Origin: Lingula anatina
Lineage: Eukaryota; Animalia; Brachiopoda
Direction of reading: 5' to 3'
Assembly: GCA_051362555.1 (NCBI GenBank)
Contig: CM120642.1
Coordinates: 8,866,001-8,930,000 of the forward strand
Length of the DNA stretch: 64,000 nt
A program made the position numbers and the translations under genes. Each line of letters starts with the position of its first letter. Positions within the stretch are counted from its first letter, which is position 1. Positions 1 to 12,500 of the stretch are shown here, piece after piece. The notes below the pieces were generated by a model. That model saw nothing but the letters and a program-made list of their open reading frames with translations, searched no databases and was not told the DNA's origin.

Positions 1-589
1 AAAACTCGAAAAACTTTTCATGGTCAACCCTAATAAGATCAGCTTTCTAGTATGTGGTAATTCAGTCAATACATTTCGCAGGATTAACATGAAGGCTCGG
101 AACAAAACAAGACCATGCCAAATCGCACTATACGATTAAACACTGGCATATATGCAAGGCTTTGATGAATGCAGGGCGCACAAGAATTGGTTTTATCTCG
201 TTTCGCTCATTACAATGAATCTCAAAAGCAAATGGCCCATCAATGCCAATCCAAACACATTTTTCTGGATTGTCGTGTTGCAGCAAGATTTACGTCAAAT
301 TCAACGACAGCTGGAAACAAACAGAGCACAGGATATACAAGTACCAGGTAAGTTCACTTTTTAAACAAACTTTTTGACAATGGCTGTTACCGGCGAGGTT
401 TGTCTGTGAGCGGAAACCCTAGTTGTAATCGATATAGCTAACGGCGTTGATTAATTTATAACTGTTTGGGTTATGCTGACAATTTTTTAGTTTACTCGTC
501 AGTTAGGAGAACAGGATCTCACATTGGCATTTGGGCTGACATTTCTTATTTGTATTTAAGGTGAAACGTGTAGTCAAAAGAACTTGAGA

Positions 590-3500
590 ATGCTCAAGAA
601 ATATGGACTACAAGTAATTTTGCTTTTATATGCTCTCACAGATATAAGGTGAGTGTTAGATAGTGTTACTTTATTGCTTTTTACATTTAATATTATAGAA
701 CAGTATTAAACGGGATAAATTGTATTTTTTAACTCAGTGTAATATACAATAAAAAAAAAATTGGTCCTTGAATCGACATATGCTATAATAAGATATAATC
801 TTGTACTCCTAAAGATGTGTTAGTAAACCGTTGACATAGATATGATCTTATACTCCTAGAGATGTGTTAGTAAACCGTTGACATAGATATGATCTTACAC
901 TCCTAGAGATGTGTTAGTAAACCGTTGACATAGATATGATCTTATACTCCTAAAGATGTGTTAGTAAACCGTTGACATAGATATGATCTTATACTCCTAG
1001 AGATGTGTTAGTAAACCGTTGACATAGATATGATCTTACACTCCTAGAGATGTGTTAGTAAACCGTTGACATAGATATGATCTTATACTCCTAGAGATGT
1101 GTTAGTAAACCGTTGACATAGATATGATCTTATACTCCTAAAGATGTGTTAGTAAACCGTTTGAAGTTTTTACCGGTAGCAGACAAATATTGAATAGTGT
1201 TTTGGTCACGTGTATTTATGTTCATTTAAGCTCCGGTTTGACAGAGTCCTATCAGTGTTCACAGACCTGTTATAGCCAACAGCATTACACTATAGGTTGT
1301 GGGTTTTTTGGTTGGAGCAGATGTGCAGCATATAGGTAAGAGAATTTAAAAAAAAAAACACCTATCTGACAAAGCTATACAAATAGTTACGGATCGAAAA
1401 AGCACTTTGAAATTGCCCAGAAAAGAAAAAATACTTCATATCACTCTAAGAAAAATGAGTGGTTCTGTTTCTAATGTAGTGAGCTTTAATCTCTTTTTTA
1501 TTGTTAATTCTGGACGCACACTGTGAACCCTTTGCTGAACTGCAGCTTTAATGCCAATAGCTCAGTGTGTGCCTTGACATAAACTAGGGACCATTTAACA
1601 TATTCGCCTTCACCGCACTCCTGTAGCAACATCGCATTCCAAACTATATAGAGGACAACGAGAACTAAACATTATTTTGCGGTGAAATCTTCCAATGAGC
1701 CATACGTAATATTACTTGATCTCTCCAAAAATTGGCTGCTTATGCATTTTCGTGCATTCTGCAAACGTCTGATTGTCCATTCCAGTAATTTCCAGATGCT
1801 ATTATTGACAAAGAACTAAAATATTGCTTCTTCACTTTTAAAACCTTGGTATTGTTATTTCCAGACATATATCACACGTTTGCTACCACTCCTGTCTCAG
1901 ATGCGCCCCGGGGTGGACTGGACTTAATTGTTACTCACGTGAGTCTGGCATGGGAAGAATGTACGAAGTGTGTGTAAAGAGAAAAAGATAGAAAGACAGC
2001 TAGAAATTACATTTAAATGTGGAATATAAATATTTGACACGTATTTTCCTTATTTTAGCTATTTGCTCCAGTTGTCCTAATGGAGGGACGTGTATACAAC
2101 CAAATTATTGTTCATGCGTCACTGGATACGTTTCGCCAAACTGCGATGGTAAGTACACAGCATTATAGAAGATTTCACCAGTTTTCATCGAGATGTACGG
2201 TCAAACTTTTATTATTATTAATATATCACAATTTTTTCATCTAACGAAGATATTTACATTTATGATGGTAAAAATTCATTAGAAGTGATAAACAACAGAA
2301 TGTATAAGCATTCAAGTGTGAAAATGAATATACATGTATGTCATTGTAGCCATACAGAGTTTTGCCATATTTAGTACCTTTATACTACATTTATATTTGA
2401 TAAATCCTATGTCAGATTTTGTGAATTTTTGGCCAAGGTAGAATTTTTAGTCATAATCCAAGAAGAATTTTTGCGTAGGCCTTGAGTGTTTAAGGCATTG
2501 GTGATACTACAATCGTCAATAATTGTTGTAATAACATCACTTACACAAAACATGTACATTTCTCAGTTAATGCGAATATAATTTAATCATATTTTTATAT
2601 TTTCATATATCATTCATTCACACTTTATTGTGAATACCTGAAAAATAAGGCACCGAAAAGTGATTCATGTATTTTTGCTTACGTCAAAAGACAACTATCG
2701 AAATACAGGATGTGTTTGAAAATTCAAATCATAATAGGATATCATCGGTAAATGGAAGTCTTAAGACGCTGCATGTTTATCCTTGCAGACAACAACGAAT
2801 GTAACAGTAACAATGGCGGATGTGACCAAACATGCCACAATACTCATGGCTCGTATTACTGTAGTTGTAGAAGTGGATACACACTGGTCAACGGGCATCA
2901 ATGCCAAGGTAGGTATGTGGAAGGACTGCAGTCGTGACGTCATGACTCGTGCTGTGTGACGTCTCAAGTGCTGCAGCTTTGCGTAAAAGTTATGTTTTCT
3001 TTAAAAAATATGCTCAAAATGGCCTCCGAAGCATTGGATGCACACTTAAATACGTTTCTCAACAGAGCTTTATTAGCTATTTTGTTAAAAAGATAAAACT
3101 TCTAACTACAGTGAACATGTAATTGATAGTGACATGAAGGTTCTACCGACCAAAAGTACACGAATAGAAAATGACTAAAGGTAGAAACTTATTTTCCCTC
3201 ACTGAAAAAATCATTAACATTTCAAGAGGTGTGAATCCAAAGAAATTTTCAAAACAACTTCTCCGTGGCATTTGATATTGGCGACTTTTTCAAAATATAG
3301 TGTAAACGTGAAGAAATTTGATTTACTTTCTCACATAACAGAAATGGAAAAAATGCTCCTTTTTTGCTATGACTTTGTTTCCTCTTATAGTAACCAAAGA
3401 AAACTTTTAGAAATGATTTCCAGCAACAAAAAATCGTGCTGAACGTTCTACAATGCAAGGCCGCGAAGGTGTCTCCAGCTGCGTCCCAGGCAGCGAAGTT

Positions 3501-6500
3501 ATCACGGAACCCCGGCAGCTTTGCTAGAAAGCTCTAGATCAAATACAAACTTTCTGCCTTGTCATAAAGAGGGCCAGTTTGGATGCACATGTAAATGTCC
3601 GAAAATACAATCGATAGCCCCTGAACCGTAAAAAATGAATTTCATCCCGCACAACACCTTTCCCCGAACATCGGATTATCATTGGACGTTGAAGAAGATG
3701 ATGTACACGAGACCTTGGTTGAGAAGCCGACATGGAGCGTTCCGAGATAGATTCCCTTTTTTTTTTACTATGTCTTTGTTTTGAGCTGAGATTTAGTTTG
3801 GTATCACCTATGACGTTAAAAAGCACAGGGGGCGATTTTAGTTTTAGCAAGCCCCTGAAAAGAGGGAATCATTAAAAAAACGTTCAAATGTATCAAAGCT
3901 GGTGCGTTTTCTTTCAAGCAATTGCAACCATGTGAATTTTGACAAAGACAACATATTTGGCGACAATTCCGCCGAGAGGATACTTTCTTTTTCTGCTGAA
4001 CGCGGTTTACAGGCGGTATGACGTGGTGCCAAAGCGGGAAAGCTACCGAAACAATATCAAGTTTGGTCGCTTTGATTGATAAGACTGCTCGGAACGTAAC
4101 TAGCCAGATGATTTTTGATGGTTTTATTTTCATTTTGGTTTACAGTGAGATTACGTCTGACTTCACCTGTGAAGTTATCGAGCACGACGAGAGCTAAAGC
4201 GGTTCACAGTTTGGCAGTTTTGGATTTGAGTAGTCTTTGCCATTCCTAATGGCCATTGTGGAGTTGCCCCTGGTACTGTAAGACAATATGAACAGTCTTG
4301 AGAAGCAAGGCCCTAGAGGAGGGGATGTCATTTAAAACCACAACAAAATGTAACATTGGGTAAAGCAATAGCGGTGACGTGATTTTTGAAAAAAAAATTA
4401 AATAAATGAAATAAATTATTTTGCTGATAATCCCACCGAGAATGCAGCACTCTGAGATGAAAGGGCAGTACGACGTGCATGGCACCATGGCGGGTTAACT
4501 ATACTGACTCAATTCAAGTTTGATCTTTTGCGTAGCTGGTAAAGGATAGAGATCAATGACCATCCCCCGCCTAAGCATCATTTTAAGAACCTTTAAATGA
4601 AGAGTAAGGAAGTGTTATAGACGAGGCAGACATTATGATAACGACCAGCAAAAGTTGTTGCCAAATCGATCACTTATGCGAAACTATGCCGGATTTTTAT
4701 GCAAAAGGTAATTTGCCGGGACCGACGAGTGCCTGCATTCGTATTCGCGCCTTCCCGATCACGTGACCAGCTCGTATCCGAGGGGAAGGTGACATGCCTC
4801 ATCCGGGATTCGAACTCGTGACTACTCGTGACTCGTTACCATGGTGGATGATTGGTTTGTATTTTTTTAACAGCCTTGCACGCTACCGATTGCGCCGTGG
4901 GTGACCCGCCCACCCTCCCTGGATACGAGTTTCCTCTTAAAGTAACCAAAGAAAATTTTTAGAAATGATTTCCAGGAACAAAAAGTTGTGCTGGACGTTG
5001 AAGAATTCGAACCCGTGAAAGTGCCGTAATAGCTGCGTCCCAGTCAGCGAAGTTACCACGGAACCGCGGCAGCTTCTTAGGAATGTACCAAATCAAATGC
5101 AAACTTTCTGCCTTGTCATGAAGAGGGCCAGTTGGGATGCACATGCAAATGTCCGAAATTACAATCGATAGCCCCTGAACCGTAAAAAATGAATTTCATC
5201 CCGCACAACGCCTTTCCCCGAACATCGGATTATCATTGGACGTTGAAGAAGATGATGTACACGAGACCTTGGTTGAGAAGCCGACATGGAGCGTTCCGAG
5301 ATAGATTCCCTTTTTTTTTTACTATGTCTTTGTTTTGAGCTGAGATTTAGTTTGGTATCACCTATGACGTTAAAAAGCACAGGGGGCGATTTTAGTTTTA
5401 GCAAGCCCCTGAAAAGAGGGAATCATTAAAAAAACGTTCAAATGTATTAAAGCTGGTGCGTTTTCTTTCAAGCAATTGCAACCATGTGAATTTTGACAAA
5501 GACAACATATTTGGCGACAATTCCGCCGAGAGGATACTTTCTTTTTCTGCTGAACGCGGTTTACAGGCGGTATGACGTGGTGCCAAAGCGGGAAAGCTAC
5601 CGAAACAATATCAAGTTTGGTCGCTTTGATTGATAAGACTGCTCGGAACGTAACTAGCCAGATGATTTTTGATGGTTTTATTTTCATTTTGGTTTACAGT
5701 GAGATTACGTCTGACTTCACCTGTGAAGTTATCGAGCACGACGAGAGCTAAAGCGGTTCACAGTTTGGCAGTTTTGGATTTGAGTAGTCTTTGCCATTCC
5801 TAATGGCCATTGTGGAGTTGCCCCTGGTACTGTAAGACAATATGAACAGTCTTGAGAAGCAAGGCCCTAGAGGAGGGGATGACATTTAAAACCACAACAA
5901 AATGTAACATTGGGTAAAGCAATAGCGGTGACGTGATTTTTGAAAAAAAAAATTAAATAAAAGAAATAAATTATTTTGCTGATAATCCCACCGAGAATGC
6001 AGCACTCTGAGATGAAAGGGCAGTACGACGTGCATGGCACCATGGCGGGTTAACTATACTGACTCAATTCAAGTTTGATCTTTTGCGTAGCTGGTAAAGG
6101 ATAGAGATCAATGACCATCCCCCGCCTAAGCATCATTTTAAGAACCTTTAAATGAAGAGTAAGGAAGTGTTATAGACGAGGCAGACATTATGATAACGAC
6201 CAGCAAAAGTTGTTGCCAAATCGATCACTTATGCGAAACTATGCCGGATTTTTATGCAAAAGGTAATTTGCCGGGACCGACGAGTGCCTGCATTCGTATT
6301 CGCGCCTTCCCGATCACGTGACCAGCTCGTATCCGAGGGGAAGGTGACATGCCTCATCCGGGATTCGAACTCGTGACTACTCGTGACTCGTTACCATGGT
6401 GGATGATTGGTTTGTATTTTTTTAACAGCCTTGCACGCTACCGATTGCGCCGTGGGTGACCCGCCCACCCTCCGTGGATACGAGTTTCCTCTTAAAGTAA

Positions 6501-9500
6501 CCAAAGAAAATTTTTAGAAATGATTACCAGCAACAAAGAGTTGTGCTGGACGTTGTAGAATTCGAACCCGTGAAGGTGCCGTAATAGCTGCGTCCTAGTC
6601 AGCGAAGTTACCACGGAACCGCGGCAGCTTCTTAGGAATGTACCAAATCAAATGCAAACTTTCTGCCTTGTCATGAAGAGGGCCAGTTTGGATGCACATA
6701 CAAATGTCCGAAATTACAATCGATAGCCCTTGAACCGTAAAAAATGAATTTCATCCCGCACAACGCCTTTCCCCGAACATCGGATTATCATTGGACGTTG
6801 AAGAAGATGATGTACACGAGACCTTGGTTGAGAAGCCGACATGGAGCGTTCCGAGATAGATTCCCTTTTTTTTTTTTACTATGTCTTTGTTTTGAGCAGA
6901 GATTTAGTTTGGTATCACCTATGACGTTAAAAAGCACAGGGGGCGATTTTAGTTTTAGCAAGCCCCTGAAAGAGGGAATCATTAAAAAAACGTTCAAATG
7001 TATTAAAGCTGGTGCGTTTTCTTTCAAGCAATTGCAACCATGTGAATTTTGACAAAGACAACATATTTGGCGACAATTCCGCCGAGAGGATACTTTCTTT
7101 TTCTGCTGAACGCGGTTTACAGGCGGTATGACGTGATGCCAAAGCGGGAAAGCTATGGGCGGCGGTTTATACAAAAATGCAAAACACGATTAGTCGTCAT
7201 CGTTATCAGATCAGTCGAAATGAAAACACGATTAGTCGTCGTCGTTATCAGATCAGAAGGCAAAATACGACTAGTAGTCGTCAAAACGCAACTAGTCATC
7301 AAAACGCAACTAGTCATCATCAAAACGCAACCAGTCATCAAAACGCGATTTGACGCCAGATGGCGCCCATTGTACGAAAATCTAGGCCAAGTCACATGAT
7401 CCACAGTGATCAAAATGGCGGACGTTATTGAAGTAGCATTATAATATTCCTCGCTCGAACTCGAGAATTATCTCTACGCGTACAATCTAATAATGATATT
7501 ATATATATAATAATATCTCGAACTCGAGATAGCTGGTAAAGGATAGAGATCAATGACCATCCCCCGCCTAAGCATCATCGATCAGTATTAAAGTAAGTCG
7601 TTTTTGACTTGCATTTTCGACAGGAGGTATATACTTGTAATTTAATTTTTTTAGTGAACCTTGAACCTTTTAAGGAGTAGTATACTTTCAATGCAATTTC
7701 TTAGTGACAACTGAAGCAGAAATGAGGCTTTGCAAGCGAATTTAAGCTAGATCGAATTTCAGGAGTTATTGGAAAATGTTTTGGTTTATTTATGTATTGA
7801 AAAAATCCTTTTATGAAGTTCTAGAAATGCGCAGAAAAATGCGTTTGGTGCGCCTGCACCCGTCTCGTGCACAGAATGCGTTAAGGCTCGCATGAGCTAG
7901 AAACCTATTGATAATACAATTCACCCAAGCGGTCTGCGCCAGCCATGCGGTAAATTTATTTTGCTATCACTTATGTCTATTTCCTGACCCGTGATATGCA
8001 CGCAAATGAAAGTTCTAAAATATTTTGGGAAACATTGCAATAAGACGCAGAGAGACAGTTTTAAATGTGCTGGAACTGTGAAAAAAGCTGTTTTTAAATA
8101 TAAAATTAATAGATGCCTAGGTATCTACACTTTTAATATATGAACAGTACTTATTGTATGCGCAGTTCACCCAAGTGGTCTGCGCCAACCATGCAGTAAT
8201 TTGATTTTGTTATTACTGATGTCTCCTAGCTGACCCGTGATATGCTCGCAAAGGAAAGTTCTAGAATATTTTTGGGAATCATTGCAATAAGACACAGAGG
8301 GAGTTTTAGAATATACTGGAACTGTGAAAAGTTTTTTGAAATATAAAAATCATAGACGCTTAGGTATCTGCACTTCACATATGGGTAATATATGAATATT
8401 ATTGTACGTATGCGCAGTGCACCCAAGCGGTCTGCGCCGGCCATGAATTATGAAAATTGAAATGTTTAGGAATATAAAATTCGAAATACGAATTCATACA
8501 AAAAGGAAATTTTGGTATTTTGCATTTTTACAAAACGCGAATTTGAATTGCACAATTCATTATATCTTACGAATCTTATTTATTTTTCAAACGAAGTACT
8601 GTACCTCACAAAGCTTTTGATCACTACCGTGACCTTAGCCATTCGTTGTTAACATCATCTCACATGAATCATTTTACTATGACCTATAATTATAATTTAG
8701 TTGTAGTATAATAGAAAATAAAATCAAAGTAGATGTAGAATTCATAACAGAAAATATAATATGTGTAATGTTGAGAATTGATATTTATATGAATAAAGAA
8801 TGCGGAGACCTTTGTAGAATAGACTGACCTGAAGAACGAAAATGTACTGTGTTTTCTACTTCACGTAGCAACTAAAGTGGAAGATGACGACTTCGTCACA
8901 CGCTTCTATACACCACAATGGTGACACTTTGAATGGCATTGGTTGTATTTGTTTGCTGACCAGCTTTTTGCATTATTCGAGTAAAACGGGGGCATGCCTG
9001 GACATCATTCACAATTCAAACAAAAATCCTCAAATACATTTAAAGGATCTTTCAAATACTTTCTCTATGGCAATTTTTCCTTTATCTGTCAAAGCACGAG
9101 TGCCAACCCCGGCGAAATCATGTGTGAGTTCTGGCACACCCGGATATAATTTAAACATTCTTCTTACATCATCATACTTGTATCATTGACACGATCCTTC
9201 CTCCACCGTCCCCTCATTTTTAAAAGAATCAAAAACATAGACGGGCTTATTACTGTCCATGCCAGTTGCGCTGCTCATCTTGTTCCCCCATCCACCATTT
9301 TGTTCCATACAATTTTCCCACAGCAAAAACAGCATTGGAATTTTTCACCTGATACCAGTTACGTTGAAGTAAACAGTCAACAAAAGTCTTGCCTGTGGGA
9401 AATCGTCTACGCAGTGAAACGTTGGCTTTTAACAAGTGCACATTAGAATCATTTAGTTCATTTTTATTCAGCACCTTTCTATAAGGATTGCTTGTAGCGT

Positions 9501-12500
9501 GGCCTGGGAATGAATACACTACTGTCTTGACATTATACCTGTCACTCATTTTCTGCCAATACATGTCACTCCCGTTGGCCCCACCAGAATGGTTGGCATA
9601 CAAAGCTGGTGCGTTGACAGTTTGCTGTTGATTGAATATACTTTGACTCAAATTTAAACTGTCGTCTGGAGATGACTCCCGTTCTTCTGCAGCTCTAAAC
9701 AGTTCTTTGTTTGCGACATCCTGAGAATGAAATGAACTAGACATCTTCCTGTTTTTTGCAGTGTGAATAAAAATGTTAACACAGCCTGGAATATGTGATG
9801 ATAATCAGGGATTCTTCGATCGGTTATTGCCTGGAAAAATGAACGGCCGTATGAAATGTTTAGCTGGAATAAAATTTCCAACGTAGACACAGAGCAATAT
9901 TGTATTTACCTAGGGGAAGAATTATTTCCTTTAATATAGCTGTCAGTGTGCAGAGTATTTTCTGAACGAGATAGACTTGGGATCAGCGAGACCTCGTTTG
10001 TTGTAAAGTCTCCTTATATATTAGCGACTATAAACACTGTCAGCAACAGTAGACATGAATAGATGTTGTTCTGCTCGACGTGTAACATTGGAATATAAAA
10101 TGCATATGCACAATAGTTTGTTGCCTGAACGAATAACAGGTGAAGTCAACCACGATGTCCAGGGCTGATTTCTGGAAAATTCCTATTATCTTCCAAATAT
10201 TGTATAGCTGCTTTTTAATCAGAAATTCAATAGACATTTTCTAGAACATTCCATAACATGATACTAAGAAAGAGATAAGGCAAGGATCTGGGACATTCCT
10301 ATTATCTTCCGAATTTCAATAGAACATTCCATAACATAATACTAAGAAAAGAGTTGAGGCACGGATCTGGGACATTCCTATTATCTTTGTAGACGGTTTT
10401 AACCGTTTTTTTTTTTTTTGAAAAAAGAAAATGCTGAGTCATTGAGTTACACTGCGTATACATATCCCGTGATTCAAAGGACACCGGCAGGCAAAACGGA
10501 TCACTCAGAATTAGTGACAGTGAATTGGTCGCACACTTAGAAGAGGTCGAAACCGAAAGCGACGTCCACCACTTACAAACTTTTGAAAAACAAGATTTTA
10601 TTTTGCCAAAGATGGCCACTGTCTTATCGTTTAGTCACGGATATTGTTTATTTTTTCTTTATTCAAAGGTCAAGTTTGAAATGATTTATTATATAATTAT
10701 TTGAAGGAAAACTTCAAAATCATCATGTTTTGCTGAAAGAATTGCAGAGCCATTTTATTTTGCCAAAGATTCGCATTGTCTTATGGTTGCTATAATTCAC
10801 TTCAAAAATCAGTCCCCACTGCACCAGTGTTATGTGCTATGCTTGAAACATCCTGTAGGTAATTCTAATGATGACATTTCTGAGTAACGAGGTCTAAGGA
10901 ATCTATTGCTCACTACTGTTTTTATCTTGTACGCTACTACGACCAGTCCTAGGCTGATCAAAGCTCCTACGGTGCCAGTTAAGCCATCTGAAAAAAATTA
11001 AAATCAAAAAGTATGCAAATTAAACAGTGGCATTTATGGCACAGCCACAGAATCATGAAGGATTTAATTCATTTCAAAGTCTCTAGGTTCCACATAAGTA
11101 ATTGTACTGTGTGTATTATGTATCTGATTAGTGTGATCTACTCTTGAATTAAGTTTTACTGATCTTCACAACAAACAGTAAAGCACTCACTCGTCTCCAC
11201 TGCACCATATTATGTACTGGTACTATGCTTAAAATGTCCTTGAAGTCTGCTAATATAGGGAATTCTAATGATGACAGTTCTAAGTTACCAGGTCTAAGGG
11301 ATCTATTGCTCATTATTGCTCGTTTTTATCTTGTACGCTGCCACAACTAGTCCTAGGCTGATCAAGCTCCTATTGTGATAGCTAAACCATCTGATAAAAA
11401 TAGTAAAAATCAAAATATTGTACGCAAATTAAATAATGTCATTTATGGCTCACATAAGTATTTGTACCGCTTGTATTATATATCTGATTAGCGTAAAACA
11501 CGCACATTGTAGGAATACTCTGAGTCACGAAGCTGGAATATTCTTAAGACATAATATCTATTTTACTAATCTGGGATATTCTCTCTTTGTCAGTAGGAAA
11601 ACGCAGAGTCACGGATCTGTAACAAGTAGAATATTTTGGAATTATGAAAAAAATCTCCGTCTTTGCATAGAAATAATCAGACACGTCTGGGTATCATATG
11701 TTTGTCAAGCGGATTTGCAAATGTACAAAATAAATTAGTGTCTGGTACACACGCGTCTGTCAGGCGGATTTGCACATATCAAAAGTATTTAGTGTTGAGG
11801 TGAAATGAATATTGCATTTGAACGGACAAAGCAGTCAGCTGGTATATTGCTGTTTAGCAATATTGAATGGCAAAATTTGTTTATTGACAAGGTAGAACAC
11901 GGAAATTTTACAATGTTATTACATCTTAGTGACACTCACACAATGCATTATTTTTACTAACCATTTGGTCGTTCTTTTGTATCAATAAATCAGTTTATGG
12001 TTATTTATTTCAATATTTGTATGTTTAATAAGAACATACCTTTAAAACTGTGCAATTCAGTCACTGTCAACTGCACCATAGGTTGAGTTTTATGGACAGC
12101 AACTACGCGTCACAATATACTTTACAACAACATTTTTTGCTGCAAAAGGAATTTTATTCTGCTCACGCGTAATACAACGAGTTGGATATGCGGCCACAGT
12201 GTCCCCTGCTCTGTCTATCCTCAGTCGCTCCTTTGAATGGCTCTGTTAGACCTACACGTCTACTTTCCCGACTATGAATGCGGCAAAACGCTACATTTTC
12301 ATAATAACAAAATTAGGGTGACAGGTGGTTCATATCTCACGCCATGGTTAGAAGTTTTGATCAACATTTACTTCATTATTAGAAACACTGATTCTCGACC
12401 TTCGACTTATAATTGTGATTTTCCCTATTCTTTGATTATCCGTATACAATCTACAAAAAAGTGAATTTTGAATTGTAAATCTTATGAATTATGAAAACTG

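Larger units (their letters stand above)
3377..7155. repeat. ~1554-bp tandem repeat, X-Y-X-Y-X arrangement (2.4 copies)
   Basis: X = 3377-4045, 4930-5599, 6485-7155; Y = 4046-4929, 5600-6484. The same ORF fragments recur at offsets of 1554-1556 bp. Confidence 0.93.

Noticed and set aside
791-1161. CRISPR-like regular repeat
   Set aside because: Units are contiguous and near-identical with no unique spacers or cas genes; it is a minisatellite in a eukaryotic intron.
4795-4905. Functional tRNA-Asn gene
   Set aside because: Acceptor, anticodon and T stems pair poorly and it is embedded in a repeated module; treated as tRNA-derived only.
3539-7174. Repeated 60-128 aa ORFs in the ORF track as real genes
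   Set aside because: They recur only because the DNA is tandemly repeated, shift frame at homopolymers and show no recognisable motifs.
8825-8850. Minimal hammerhead core ctgaagaacgaaa
   Set aside because: No stem II, and the homologous copy near 12990 has cacgaaga, so the core is not conserved.
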